Below are positions 1 through 10,750 of a stretch of DNA of 64,000 bases, piece after piece. The DNA comes from Camelus ferus (lineage: Eukaryota). The notes under the pieces are model-generated. The model searched no databases and was not told the DNA's origin. It saw nothing but the letters and a program-made list of their open reading frames with translations. Both the position numbers and the translations under genes were made by a program. Within the stretch, counting starts at the first letter, position 1, and each line of letters starts with the position of its first letter. Where the stretch lies: the NCBI RefSeq assembly GCF_009834535.1, contig NC_045697.1, forward strand, positions 22,818,001-22,882,000, written 5' to 3'.

Positions 1-2043
1 CTAACTTTTAGTACAATGATTTATTTCCATCTCACTGCTTATTAGTTTTGCCCTGCTTTTTATTTGTATAGCCCATATGTCAAAAAACACTTTCTTTTAT
101 GCTTTTTATTTTATCAATGGAAGTAGTGGTGTATTTTATGAATAACAGTGTACAAATAAAAACATTTTTTTTACATTAGTTTTATGGGAGAGATGCAAAA
201 GTGACTTCGGTGGTGAAAATCTACCGAGCTGAGAATTTCCTGGTTGGATGCCTCTATAATAAAGGTCTTGAGAAGTCAATGAAAGGAGGGAGTTCTGAGG
301 CAATCAGAATGATATGGTGTAACCTCATAATCAAAAGTCTGGTATATGAAGTGACTTAATTTTGTTTATATTTGTATAACATTAAAATGTTTAAAACTAT
401 TTCCAGTTATTTTAATCTTATAACTGTGAAAGGAGATAGAATACATATGAGAGCTTTTCAAAACAGAAAACTGAGAAAAGAGTTAAGCAACCTACAGTGA
501 ATAATCAAAACCTGAATTCCTCATTCTAAGGGCAAGCCATGCAAAATGACATGGGTTGCAAGCATTTAGCAAAACCCATTTAAGACTTAGTTTCAAAGCA
601 TAATCCTTAGAGGAGGCATATGAGAGAATTTCTTCACTGAAAATTCATATTAAATTCCTTAGAAATCTAAGCAGAGACTATGAGAGTGTTATTTTGCTTT
701 GTCTTAAGTTGCCAAAGAATATCGTCCATTATTGATTCAGAAATGTTCCCAAAACGTCGAATAGTTTGAGTAGTCTTTATAAGCCTTTTGAAGTTTCAAA
801 AGTATAAATTCAAGTTAACAGTCATATACTCATCTCCTTTTGAAGTAGGTTAAAACATATATTCTCAAGGAATTTAAAGTTATGTGTCAATTTCCCAAAA
901 TATTTAACGGGAAATTGTTACCAACTCAAGGAACTATCAGCCCTAGAGAATTAAAATTGATAAGCATATTAGCTCTCTTAACCTGGTCTGAGTTTCATTT
1001 TACACAGGCATGATATTCTTCTTACCTATCTTCATTTAAGAAGCATTCTAAGAAGGATAATTATCATTAAAAAAAATAGTTTTTGCCAAGCAAGCCACCA
1101 TTTAAATGCAAAGCACTCTTATTATCACTGTGTCGGCACCCTAGCTCATGTATAGAGTAAGCAATGTACTGCTTCCTCACTTATGTCTAGCTTTCAATGG
1201 TGTCTCATGCTGTTAAGCTAACTGTTAGACTGTTTCATTTTCCCACTTGATGAGGGAAAGTGATGTTAATTTTAATTGGATTGCTGTATTTCATTACTTT
1301 GTTAATTTCTCTCTTTATATTTCTTTTCTGATGGATTTCATCAGAAATTAGCTCCAAAATAGAGCTTATAGTGGAGATTCTTCTATAATTTGACAAAATG
1401 TAATATTCACTTACAAGCTTAAAGGATCTGTTGAAGTCCTTGAATGAAAGGAAAGAATTGCATCATGTTTGATTGCATTATGCAACCTCATAAATTAGCT
1501 TTTCTCCTAAAATCAAAACTCTGGTGCCCTTCTTTTCTCCACTATGGCCCCTCTTCCCTTCAGTACTGATGGCTGGCCCCCAAACAACCAGAAGCATCAT
1601 GCCACATTCTGGCTAGCTCTCTGTGCTTGACTGTATTTTAGTTTATGTTTCTTTAATTCTTTCTCTCTCTTGGAATTACAAGTTTTAACAAGTGAGCCTA
1701 TTAAACATGGATGAGGAAATAAAGACACCCCCCAGAGCTTGTTAGATTTATAAAACAAATATGATGATGTGAAATACAATGCAAATGTTAAATAACCATG
1801 TAATATGGGTGTGTTGTATCGCCATGTGGTGTCACTCAAATTCCTGGGGTGGGGGTAGGACTTCATCTTCTATGACACTGTAGCTCTCAAAGAGGGGCAT
1901 ATGGTCTGTGACATTATGAATGTACCTCATACACAGAGAGCTGAAATGGGGCTCAGCCATTGTGCTGGATTTGGGTCCTTTTGCTGGATGATCCATAGGT
2001 GTGTGCAGCCAGCAGTTAACAGTGGCCCCGTCTGCCCCTCTCC

Positions 2044-2046
<3 letters not shown>

Positions 2047-2090
<44 letters not shown>

Positions 2091-2132
2091 GCACATACAC
2101 ACACACACACACACATACACACACACACACAC
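2047..2132. repeat. Interrupted (CA)n microsatellite
   Basis: Long CA run with TA/CG interruptions; explains the spurious VC/HT-repeat ORFs. Confidence 0.97.
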
Positions 2133-2552
2133 AAGACTCAGTATGACTTCTGATGTTCATTTGTAGAGCAATAGACTTTTTCTAGGTTTTGTGCCAGTGT
2201 AGGCAGAGCCACCCAGATCTGTTGACAGAAGATCAGGGTGTGCTGGACTGTGATAAATCTGCTCCTTTCTTTTGGGGCTCTGAAGGTCTTTGGAAGCCTA
2301 GGACTGAGTCTCCTAGAATAAGAAAACCTCTTTGAAACTATACAAAGAATAAATCTCGTAATACACTATGGTTTTTCATAAATTTTCACTGTTTTCCATA
2401 AACTTCTTTAAAAATAATAAAAAATTTAAAATTCTCAAATGTCTTCTCCTAAAGCTTTTCCTCTGATCAGAAACTCCAGCATGTCCACTGAAGACCAGAA
2501 AGGTAAGAAAGTGATGGTGTTATATCATAACAATAATTGCAATGTAACTGCA

Positions 2553-2668
2553 AAATATATAAAATATATTATTAAAATATATAAATATATAAAATTATTA
2601 AAATATATAAAATATATGTTATATATATTATATATAAATACAAATATGCAAAATATGTGAAAAATATA
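2553..2668. repeat. AT-rich low-complexity tract
   Basis: Repeated aaaatatata/attattaaaatatata motifs. Confidence 0.85.
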
Positions 2669-2679
2669 ATTGCCAAAAT

Positions 2680-3070
2680 TCTCTGTGGTTAATTCCCAGA
2701 ACCTCTTTCTGTGTCCCTGGACTCTGAATTGACTCTGTGTTCAGCCTTGCCAATAGCAATATGGTGGAATTACTGCTGCATCAGATCTAAAGCCAAGCCT
2801 TGAGAGGTGTGGCGCACCTCTGCTCTCACTCTTGGTACTCTGCGAAGAAAGCCCTGTGAAGACAGACCACCCAGTTGGAGGGTCAGGGGTCCAGCTGGCC
2901 ACTGATCAGCAGTTCACTGCAGCTTCATCAGTGAGCCCAGCCTAGATGAGTCAATCCCCCTTGGTTCATCAGAACACCCAGCTGAGCCCAATCCCATTTT
3001 CCAAGCACAGAATAACAAACTAAATTATAATTGTTATTTTATGAGCTGATGTACAGAAAAATGTAATGGA
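2680..3070 (+). mobile_element. Old MaLR LTR (MLT1 family), degenerate
   Basis: MLT1-like motifs: agccaagccttgagagg...ctctgctctcactcttgg, cccagctgagccca, ttgttattttatgagc; boundaries approximate. Confidence 0.6.
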
Positions 3071-3121
3071 TATAATGAATAAGCCTAACATTTGTGAAGC
3101 AGATATGGTATAAATACTACT

Positions 3122-3428
3122 CACAAAAGAGAAATAAACTCACAGACATAGAAAACAAACTTGTGGTTATCAAGGGGGAAAAGGAGGGAGTGGTGGAGGA
3201 ATAAATTGGAAGTTCAAGATTTGCAGATACTAACCACTATATACAAAAACAGATAAACAGCAAGGTCCTACTGTGTAACACAGGGAACTATATTCAATAC
3301 CTTCAATACCTTTTCAATAGCCTATAATAAAAAAGAATATGAAAAGAAGGAGATATAGATATATATATTCACTATGCTGTGTACTGGAAATTAACACTTT
3401 ATAAACTAAGTATACTTCAAAAAAAAGA
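3122..3428 (+). mobile_element. LINE-1 3'UTR fragment (cetartiodactyl/camelid type), 5'-truncated
   Basis: aaactcacagacatagaaaacaaacttgtggttatcaaggggg...caaggtcctactgtgtaacacagggaactatattcaatac...tatacttca followed by an A-tail. Confidence 0.9.
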
Positions 3429-3529
3429 TAATAAAATACTTAGGCCTCTCAAGGATTTCTAATATAAGCAATACACAAGGTGAAAATTTTCCTTTCACCA
3501 TGCTAAAATATATAAGAAAAAGTGATGGG

Positions 3530-3690
3530 GTAGGGGAGCGTATAGCTCAGTGGTAGAGTGCATGCCTAGCATGCACAATGTCCTGGGTTCAAGCCCCAAT
3601 ACTTCCATTAAATAAAGAGAGAATAAACCTAATTATCTCTCCCCAGAAAAGGTTAATTAAAATAATGAAAAAATAAATACAATTTATAAA
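3530..3690 (+). mobile_element. tRNA-derived camelid SINE (Vic-1 type)
   Basis: A-box tagctcagtgg (3543-3553), B-box ggttcaagccc (3586-3596), cctaattatctctcccc tail motif, A-rich end; TSD aagaaaaagtgatggg (3514-3529) / aagagtaagtgatggg (3691-3706). Confidence 0.93.
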
Positions 3691-4589
3691 AAGAGTAAGT
3701 GATGGGTGGGTACTTTCTTTCATAAATAATATTATAATAATATTATTAGAAATTTGCTTAAATAATAGCATTTTCAAAATAAAAATTAATAAGTCAATTT
3801 AAAATCTACTGGCTACAAATTGAGATACTAATATCTCAAAGATTCCTGAGAGCTTAATCAGTTTAATTTCATGGAAGCATAACACTGAAAAATGCTGCAA
3901 AGCAAAAGTTTCACTATTGGATTGAAACGCTGTAATTTTACAGTATACAACATAATAGACAGTATAAGGACTTTATACCAACGTATAACAGGAAGCCTAA
4001 AAAAGTCAATCGAAAGTGCTAGAGGAATCTGGGTGAGCAGCCCATTATTATACAAACCGGAAATTACCCAAGGCAGTAGTTTCACAACTCTGCTTGCACC
4101 GATGTCATGGGGTATTAATAATAACAAGTGTTCAGAGCTTAGGTTTTATATTCTCTCTGAACAATGCTCTCTCACTGAATCTAACCCCTTGATGGGAAAC
4201 ACCAATAATGGCTTGCATCTTTTGTGTACCCAACCATCAACTGGCTAAGTTTTCTTACTAAAGTGAAAACCAGGAAAAATAACAATTCTCAATACTGCTA
4301 TATTATAGTCCTTAGTTTTCATTCATTTTGATACAATTCCTCCAGAAAATGCACCTCAAATTAACAGGCAACTATAACATTTTACAGTTGAGTAAGAGGT
4401 GGAGGGGGAGAAACAGTCCAAGTTGTTACATAAGGATCTCTTAAGTAAGTGAAGGTGCATCAGAAAACCTTGTTAATGACCACCCATTCAGTTTGTAAGT
4501 TCATAAGAAAACTTTCCTGAAGAAAAGACCATTTTTGTCATGAAATATAATGTTATTCATCAACATGCTTATATTTGAATGCCAGCAAT

Positions 4590-6905
4590 TTTTAAATTTG
4601 TGAGTCAGCACTCTGTTTTAATAAGTAAAAACCTGAACAGATTGAAAAATCAACAACTCCTCCAGGATTCACAAAAGAGGGAAGGACACTAGGCAAACTT
4701 CTGTCCCCAAGATCAGGAGACAAACAGGTAAATACAGGCAGTAAAGGTTTACCAGAGCGGAGCAGTAGCCACCCTGTGAACCAGTGCCTGGGTGGGAAAA
4801 CCAGAACTGGAACTGATGAGTTGCTGGAGGCTCCATGTGGACAATTCTGTGAATTAAAGAGAATCAACAGAAAGACTCCTGACACTAATAAATGATTACA
4901 GCAAGGTTGCAAGATACAAAACAGAAATCAATCACTTTTCTATAAACTAGCAATGAACAAGTAGACTTTGAAATTAAAAACACAACACTGTTTACATCAG
5001 TTCCCTCAAAAATTAAATACACAGTATTAATCTAACAAAATATTCCCAAGATCTATATCAAAGAAAGTACAAAAATGTGATGAACAAAATCAAAAAATAA
5101 ATAAGTGAAGGGAGAGATATTCCATGTTGACAGATAGGAAGACTCAATACTGTCAAGATGTCAATTCTTTCCAACTTGATCGATGGCTTGAATGCAATCC
5201 CAGTCAAAATCTAAGAAAGTTATTTTTTGGATGTTGATAAACTAACTCTAAAGTTTATATGGAAAGGAAAAGAACAAAATAGCTAACACTATTGAAGGAG
5301 GAAAACAAAGTTGGAAGACTGATACTACCCATGTTCAAGACTTACTATAAAGCTACAGTTATCAAGTCAGTGTGATTTTGGTAAAAGAATAGACAAATAG
5401 ATAAAGGCAACAGAATGAGGGGAGAATATAGCTCAAGTGGTAGAGTGCATGCTAAGCCCTCAATCCCCAGTACTTCTAAAAATAAATAAATAAACCGAAT
5501 TAATTACCTCCTCCCAAATAAAAAAAAATTAAAAAACAGAATAGAGGGCCCAGAAATAGACTCACATATCTATAGACAACTAATCCTTGACAAAAGAGTA
5601 AAGGCAACATAACAGAGCAAAGATAATCTATTGAACAAAAGGGTTGAAACAACCAGGCACCTACGTGCACACACACTAAAAAGGAATTTAGAACCAAACC
5701 TTACATCCTTCAAAATGGATAACAGACCTGAATGTAAAATATAAAACTATAAAACTCTTAGAAGATAACATAGGAGAAAACTTAAATGACCATGGGGATG
5801 ACAATGACTTTTTAGCTATGATATCAAAGGCATGGTACACACACAAAAAAAAAAGTAATGGAAAAGTCAGACTTCAATAAAATTAAAAGCTTCTACTCTG
5901 CAAAAGACAATGTGAAAGGAATGACAGGACAAACCACAGACTCAGAGTAAACATTTGCAAAAGACACATCTGATAAAAGACTTATCCAAAACATACAGAG
6001 AAATCTCAAAACTCAGCATTAAGAAAACAAGCATGCTAACTAAGAAAAAAATAGGTCAAAGACATTAGAATGGGCAAAATCTAGAACTCTGACAAAAACC
6101 AAATCCTGGTGAGGATGGAAAGCAACAGAAATGTTTGTACATTCCTAGTAGGAATGTAAAATGGTACAATCACTTTAGAAAACAGTTTAGCTGCTTCTCA
6201 CAAAACTAAACACACTCTTACCAGAAAATCCAGCATTCATGATCCTTGGCAGTTGCCCCCAAAGTTGAAAATTTATGTCTACACAAAACCTGCACATGAA
6301 AGTTTATAGAAGTTTTGAGCATAACTGTCAAAACTTTGAAGCAACTAAGATGTATGTGAATGGATAAAGAAAATGTGGTGTATCCAGATAATGGAATATT
6401 ATTTAGAGCTAAAAGGAAAGGAGCTTTGAAGCCATGAAAAGACATGGAGAAATTTTAAATGCCTATTACTAAGTGAAAGAAGCCAATCTGTAAAGCCTAC
6501 ATACTGTAAGAGTCTAGCAATATGACATTCTATAAAAGACAAAACGATGCAGACAGTGAAAAGATCAGTGGTTGCTGGGGTTTTGTGGCCAGGAGAAGTG
6601 AATAGCAGAACACAGAGGATTTTTAGGGCAGTGAAAATATTCTGTATGATACTGTAATAATGGATATATGTCATTATACGTTTGTCAAAGCCTGTAGAAT
6701 GTACACCACCAAGAGTGAATTGTATTATAAACTATGGACTTTGGACATTTTATTGGGTCAATGTAGGTTCATCAGTCATAGCAAAGGTACCACTCTGGTG
6801 GGGGATGTTGATGATGGAGGACACTAAGTATGTGAGGGGGCAGGAGGCACACAGGAAATCTCTTCTTCTCAATTTTTGCCGTGAACTTTATGCTGCTCTA
6901 AAAAG
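4590..6905 (+). mobile_element. Old LINE-1 (L1MC1-like): 5'-region piece, decayed ORF2 and 3'UTR, interrupted by a SINE
   Basis: ORF2-like text (ggaagactcaatactgtcaagatgtcaattctttccaacttgatc; aagacttactataaagctacag; aaaactcttagaagataacataggagaaaa) and an L1MC1-type 3'UTR (ggatttttagggcagtgaaaatattctgtatgatac...gtaccactctggtgggggatgttgat). Confidence 0.88.
5417..5534 (+). mobile_element. Vic-1-type SINE with internal deletion, nested in the L1
   Basis: ggggagaatatagctcaagtggtagagtgcatgctaag...caatccccagtac...taattacctcctccc; TSD aacagaat (5409-5416 / 5535-5542). Confidence 0.88.
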
Positions 6906-7164
6906 AAAAACAAAAAGAAAAACAAACCTCAGTTTCTGCTGGCTGTTCTACAGTTCCTGTTTCAGACTTATTCCAGTCCCAGAGTGGCCCCATTCTCTGT
7001 CCTAAACTTAATTTTGGTTATTTTTTAAAAAGCAATGAGGTAAGGACAATTTTTCAGAAGAATTATAAAACCTGAAATTGTCTTTTCGTTCTATATCAAA
7101 ACAGTTATTAAAACAAACAAACCAACCTATCAGTCCCTCTCCTTCCAAGTTTTTCTTATTTTAT

Positions 7165-7282
7165 GGCTTTTCTCCTTCCCTTTTCTTTCCTGGATTCTTT
7201 CTTTCCCCTTTTCTCCTTTTCTTTCTTTCATCCTCCCTCCTTCTCTCCTTCCCTTCCTTCTTTCCTTCCTCCCTTCCTTCTC
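7165..7282. repeat. Polypyrimidine (CCTT/CTTT-like) low-complexity tract
   Basis: Almost purely C/T over about 115 bp. Confidence 0.85.
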
Positions 7283-9559
7283 CAAGAAGTTCTGGATCCC
7301 TGTACTCAGAAAGGTCTAATACATAGACTAAAAGATTGGGGGAATGTATTAATAGAGTTTGCAAACCCCAGTAACATCTTTATCTTATTGATGGCACTGG
7401 TACTTTGGGGCATAATCATTTGCTTCTTCCAAAAGAATGATGAACAATAAGTGAAGGAGATTTTAAATGATATACATAATTGGTAGGCACTATTTTGCCT
7501 GTTGCAATATATGAAATATATTGTTTTGTGACATGATTGGATAATCTACTTGTCTTCTTAACAAAAAGAAAATATATCTATATGCTTCCCCAAGAGAGTT
7601 TTTTTTTTTTTTTTTTGGAAGGGGAGCAGAGAGGGCCCTTTGTTCTGATAAAAGGGGCATTTGAGAACATTCACAAAGGGCAGCCCTCTCTTCCTCCTTG
7701 TCTATTCCATTAGAAAGAATGTTTCAAATCAAAATATGATTATTGGAGCTGATTCACTGGAACTCTTCTTAGTTCTGGTGAGTAACAAAGAGAGAGAAAT
7801 ATTTAATAGTCTCTGTGCTTCCTCTTGTAATTCTGCCAGACTTTAGGTGGGGCAAAAAATGTCCAAAGTCATCTCAGAAAATAATGAGAAGGGTGTCTAT
7901 TGTTCCTAACTGGCAACATTAGAACCATCTTGAAAAGGAGAAAGATGACTAACTCAGTATGGGTTAATTGAATCACTAGAGACAAAAATATGTGTCAGTA
8001 AAGCTGTGCTTATTTCACATGAGGAGTAACTTTCACTGGTGGGAAGACAGAAATAAAAACCAGTCACTTGGATTAAAGCTCATTCTTGGAAGTGCTTCTT
8101 CTTCTTTGAGTCCAAGACGTTTGAGAAGAAAGTATGCATAGTCATGTGGTCCAAATCTGAGGAATGGCTCAAAGTATCAGGAGACAAGGGAAGGTCAAGA
8201 GGTGAAATTCCTTCCACTGGAGAGTGTTAGAGGTTTTCTCAAGACAGACTATGAGGCGAGGGTTCTGAAAGCCTTGAAAAGAGGGTGAGTGAGGAGATAC
8301 GGAGAAGAAAGACAAAGGCCAGAATCCTGTCGCTGTCATTGACAAAGTGTGAGACTGGGGATACCCTTTTATCCTGCTACATGATGGAACTGGCTACACT
8401 ATCAAGTTCTTTAAGCATTATTTCTAAGACATGCTTTTGTGATGGCCCCGACCTTTCTGTAAACAACTTCATATTTATATGTATTCAATCTAACCTGGAG
8501 CGTAAAATCCCATGAAAGTTGTCAGGACAAGAAATGGGCAGCAAATGAGCTAATAACTCTAATATCCAGGAACTCTTTGATGGTAAAGAAGGAAACAAAA
8601 AACTTTTGCCTCTTTCATCAAGTATAACCTGGCATATTCCAGCGTCATTTGGGATGACAGAAAAATTGACAGCCTGGGGGACTACAGCAGAAACAGGCAC
8701 TTAGAGTCTATAAATATATTGATAGCCATATTCTCGCCTACTTCAAAATAAATAATGGACAAGGAAAGTGATTGATTCCTGCATAACCAGATTACAACAG
8801 GAATCAAGCACATTTATTTATCAAGCACAGGGATAAATAGGCAAACAGGCAATATATTGCTTTACCTAATAGCTTCCATTCTCCCACCATCAAATCCATT
8901 CCCAGATGAAAAGATTGGAAAGCAGTAAGATCAACTTTGTTTTTTAACTCCTGCAAAATTCCTCTTACCTTTAAGTGTAGAAAGTCAACAGAATAATGTA
9001 AAATTATTATAAACGTTCCCCTTATTTTTAACAAATGTACTTTTAGCAATTTTTTGTCTTGATTTTTCAGACTAGCAGAGGACACTGCTTTTTAAATTTG
9101 AGAATTTAGCATGTTCAATTAATTTAATAATTCAATTTTATTTTTAAGTGTATGATATATTTCACACAGAAATAATAGCATAATCAGATACTATTTTATA
9201 TGAAAATGAAGAATGTCCATAACAAGTTGAGCTAAATAATACGTGTCATAATTTGGCAGGTTTTACACTATGTGAGAGGTAATATTTGACATTACTGTCC
9301 ATTACAGAACAGTGCTCATTAAGGACAATTACAAATAGAAAAAGATAATTTCAGCCTTGGAAATATTCAAAAAAAAGATGAAACGTGTCTCCAGTAACAT
9401 TGATCTTTATTTTCTAGCCCTTCCTTCAAAGCCAATAACCCTCAGGTGTCTTGCTACTCTGTTTTCTTTGGCTGCCTTTAACCCAGCTGAAGCAAGGCTT
9501 CAACACTGAAGAGCACAAGTGCTCAGCAGAACACAGTCTGCTGTGATCAGAGTCATGTT

Positions 9560-10750
9560 TGTCTGCAGCACAGAAATGAGTGGGAGGGGCAAAGGAATTG
9601 ATTCACTGAGAGCTGGAATCAAGTCCAGGACCAGAGTTCTGTAAGCCTTATTAAATATTTTGCTTTTCATCAAAAAAGCAATGAGAAGGCATGTTTTAAA
9701 CAGAAAAGGGTCATGATGAGTTTTCCATTTAAGAAGGACATTTCTGCATAAGATGGAGTTGTTGTGGGAAAGAATTTCTTGTCTTGTCACAGAAAGAACT
9801 CAGAGACAAGGTGCGGAAGTTAAGAAAGCAAAGTGAGGATTTATTAAGGAATGGATAGTACACTCTTAGGGAGAGAGCGGGCAGGCTCAGGTGAGCAACT
9901 GCCCCAAGTTTCCTTGGCAAGCTCCTTATATGAGTGTAAAAATGAATGGTCAGAATATTCATTGGCAGGAAGGGGTTGGGGTTGTCTTTTCTGATCTTCA
10001 TCCCAGATCCATCTTTGCGGGTGGGGAAAAGGGAATTTTTTGTCCTTACTTAGTCTTGATGGGGAAGTTGGATGAGGTCATAATAAACAAAATGTTACAT
10101 TCGGATGGGGGTATCATTAGCAAAAGTTTACATTTGGACGGAGGTCATAATGATCTAAAGGTTACATTTAGATGGTGGAGATTCTTGTCCTGTCCCACCC
10201 TACTGCCTCCAGGACACTTGTCAATCCAGAAGGTATGTTTTTTTTAACAGTCTGGAGGATTCTGTTTTTCTTGATTTCTAAGGTTCACCATTGTTCACAA
10301 GATGTATGATTTTCTGCCATTTAGTCTATGTCCCTCTTTCTCTGCTCATATCTAGCTACCTGCCTGCTTTAACAGAGTGAGTGGTTTGAAGGGGTAGCCA
10401 AATGGGATTTAGACAGATTAGGAAGCAAAAGGAGTAATGTGGATAAGAAGTAATTCTGGCTTCTTGAAGTTGGATTTAACGGAAAAGAAGATAAATTTAA
10501 GAGATACTTAGGAAGTGAAAATAGTTGTTCTTGTAGTGTGAGGATCTGAGTTACTGTAATATATTTAACATAAATCCCAATGCTTACTTTTACATAGAAA
10601 ATGTTCTTACCTGAGGTCAGGTACTCAGAAGCCATCTAGGAAAAAATAGTTATGAGTTTCACTTGGGACAGGTTGAGTTTGCAATGTCTGAACTTTTAAG
10701 TGCAGAATGTAGGGTGGAAGTTTAATATATGGGTCTGGGGATGAGAAATT
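9560..10750 (-). mobile_element. LINE-2 fragment split by an ERV1 solo LTR
   Basis: L2-like purine-rich text on both sides of the LTR (gcaatgagaaggcatgttttaaacag...atgagttttccatttaagaagg; gagtttcacttgggacaggttgagtttgcaatgtctg). Confidence 0.6.
9760..10374 (-). mobile_element. Solo LTR of a class I (ERV1/gamma-like) endogenous retrovirus, 615 bp
   Basis: TGTT...AACA termini; perfect 4-bp TSD GAGT (9756-9759 / 10375-10378); on the minus strand CCAAT (9961-9965), TATAA (9926-9930) and AATAAA (9840-9845) occur in LTR order. Confidence 0.88.

Noticed and set aside
1326..1348. Short hairpin tttctgatg-gattt-catcagaaa and several 10-bp palindromes elsewhere
   Set aside because: Expected by chance in 64 kb of AT-rich DNA; too short for a pre-miRNA.
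1832..2160. ORFs rich in VC/HT repeats (also at 14227-14540 and 54572-54787)
   Set aside because: Translations of (CA)n microsatellites.
3514..3529. SINE target site sharing aaaaagtgatg with the L1 TSD at 34536
   Set aside because: L1 endonuclease favours A-run targets and the rest of the match is short, so this is plausibly chance.
3533..3606. tRNA-like sequence with A and B boxes (also at 5417, 37740, 39828 and 52035)
   Set aside because: These are heads of tRNA-derived SINEs with A-rich tails and TSDs, not tRNA genes.
7078..7450. Hydrophobic or K/E/R-rich ORFs (also at 21493-21772)
   Set aside because: Translations of polypyrimidine/polypurine low-complexity tracts.
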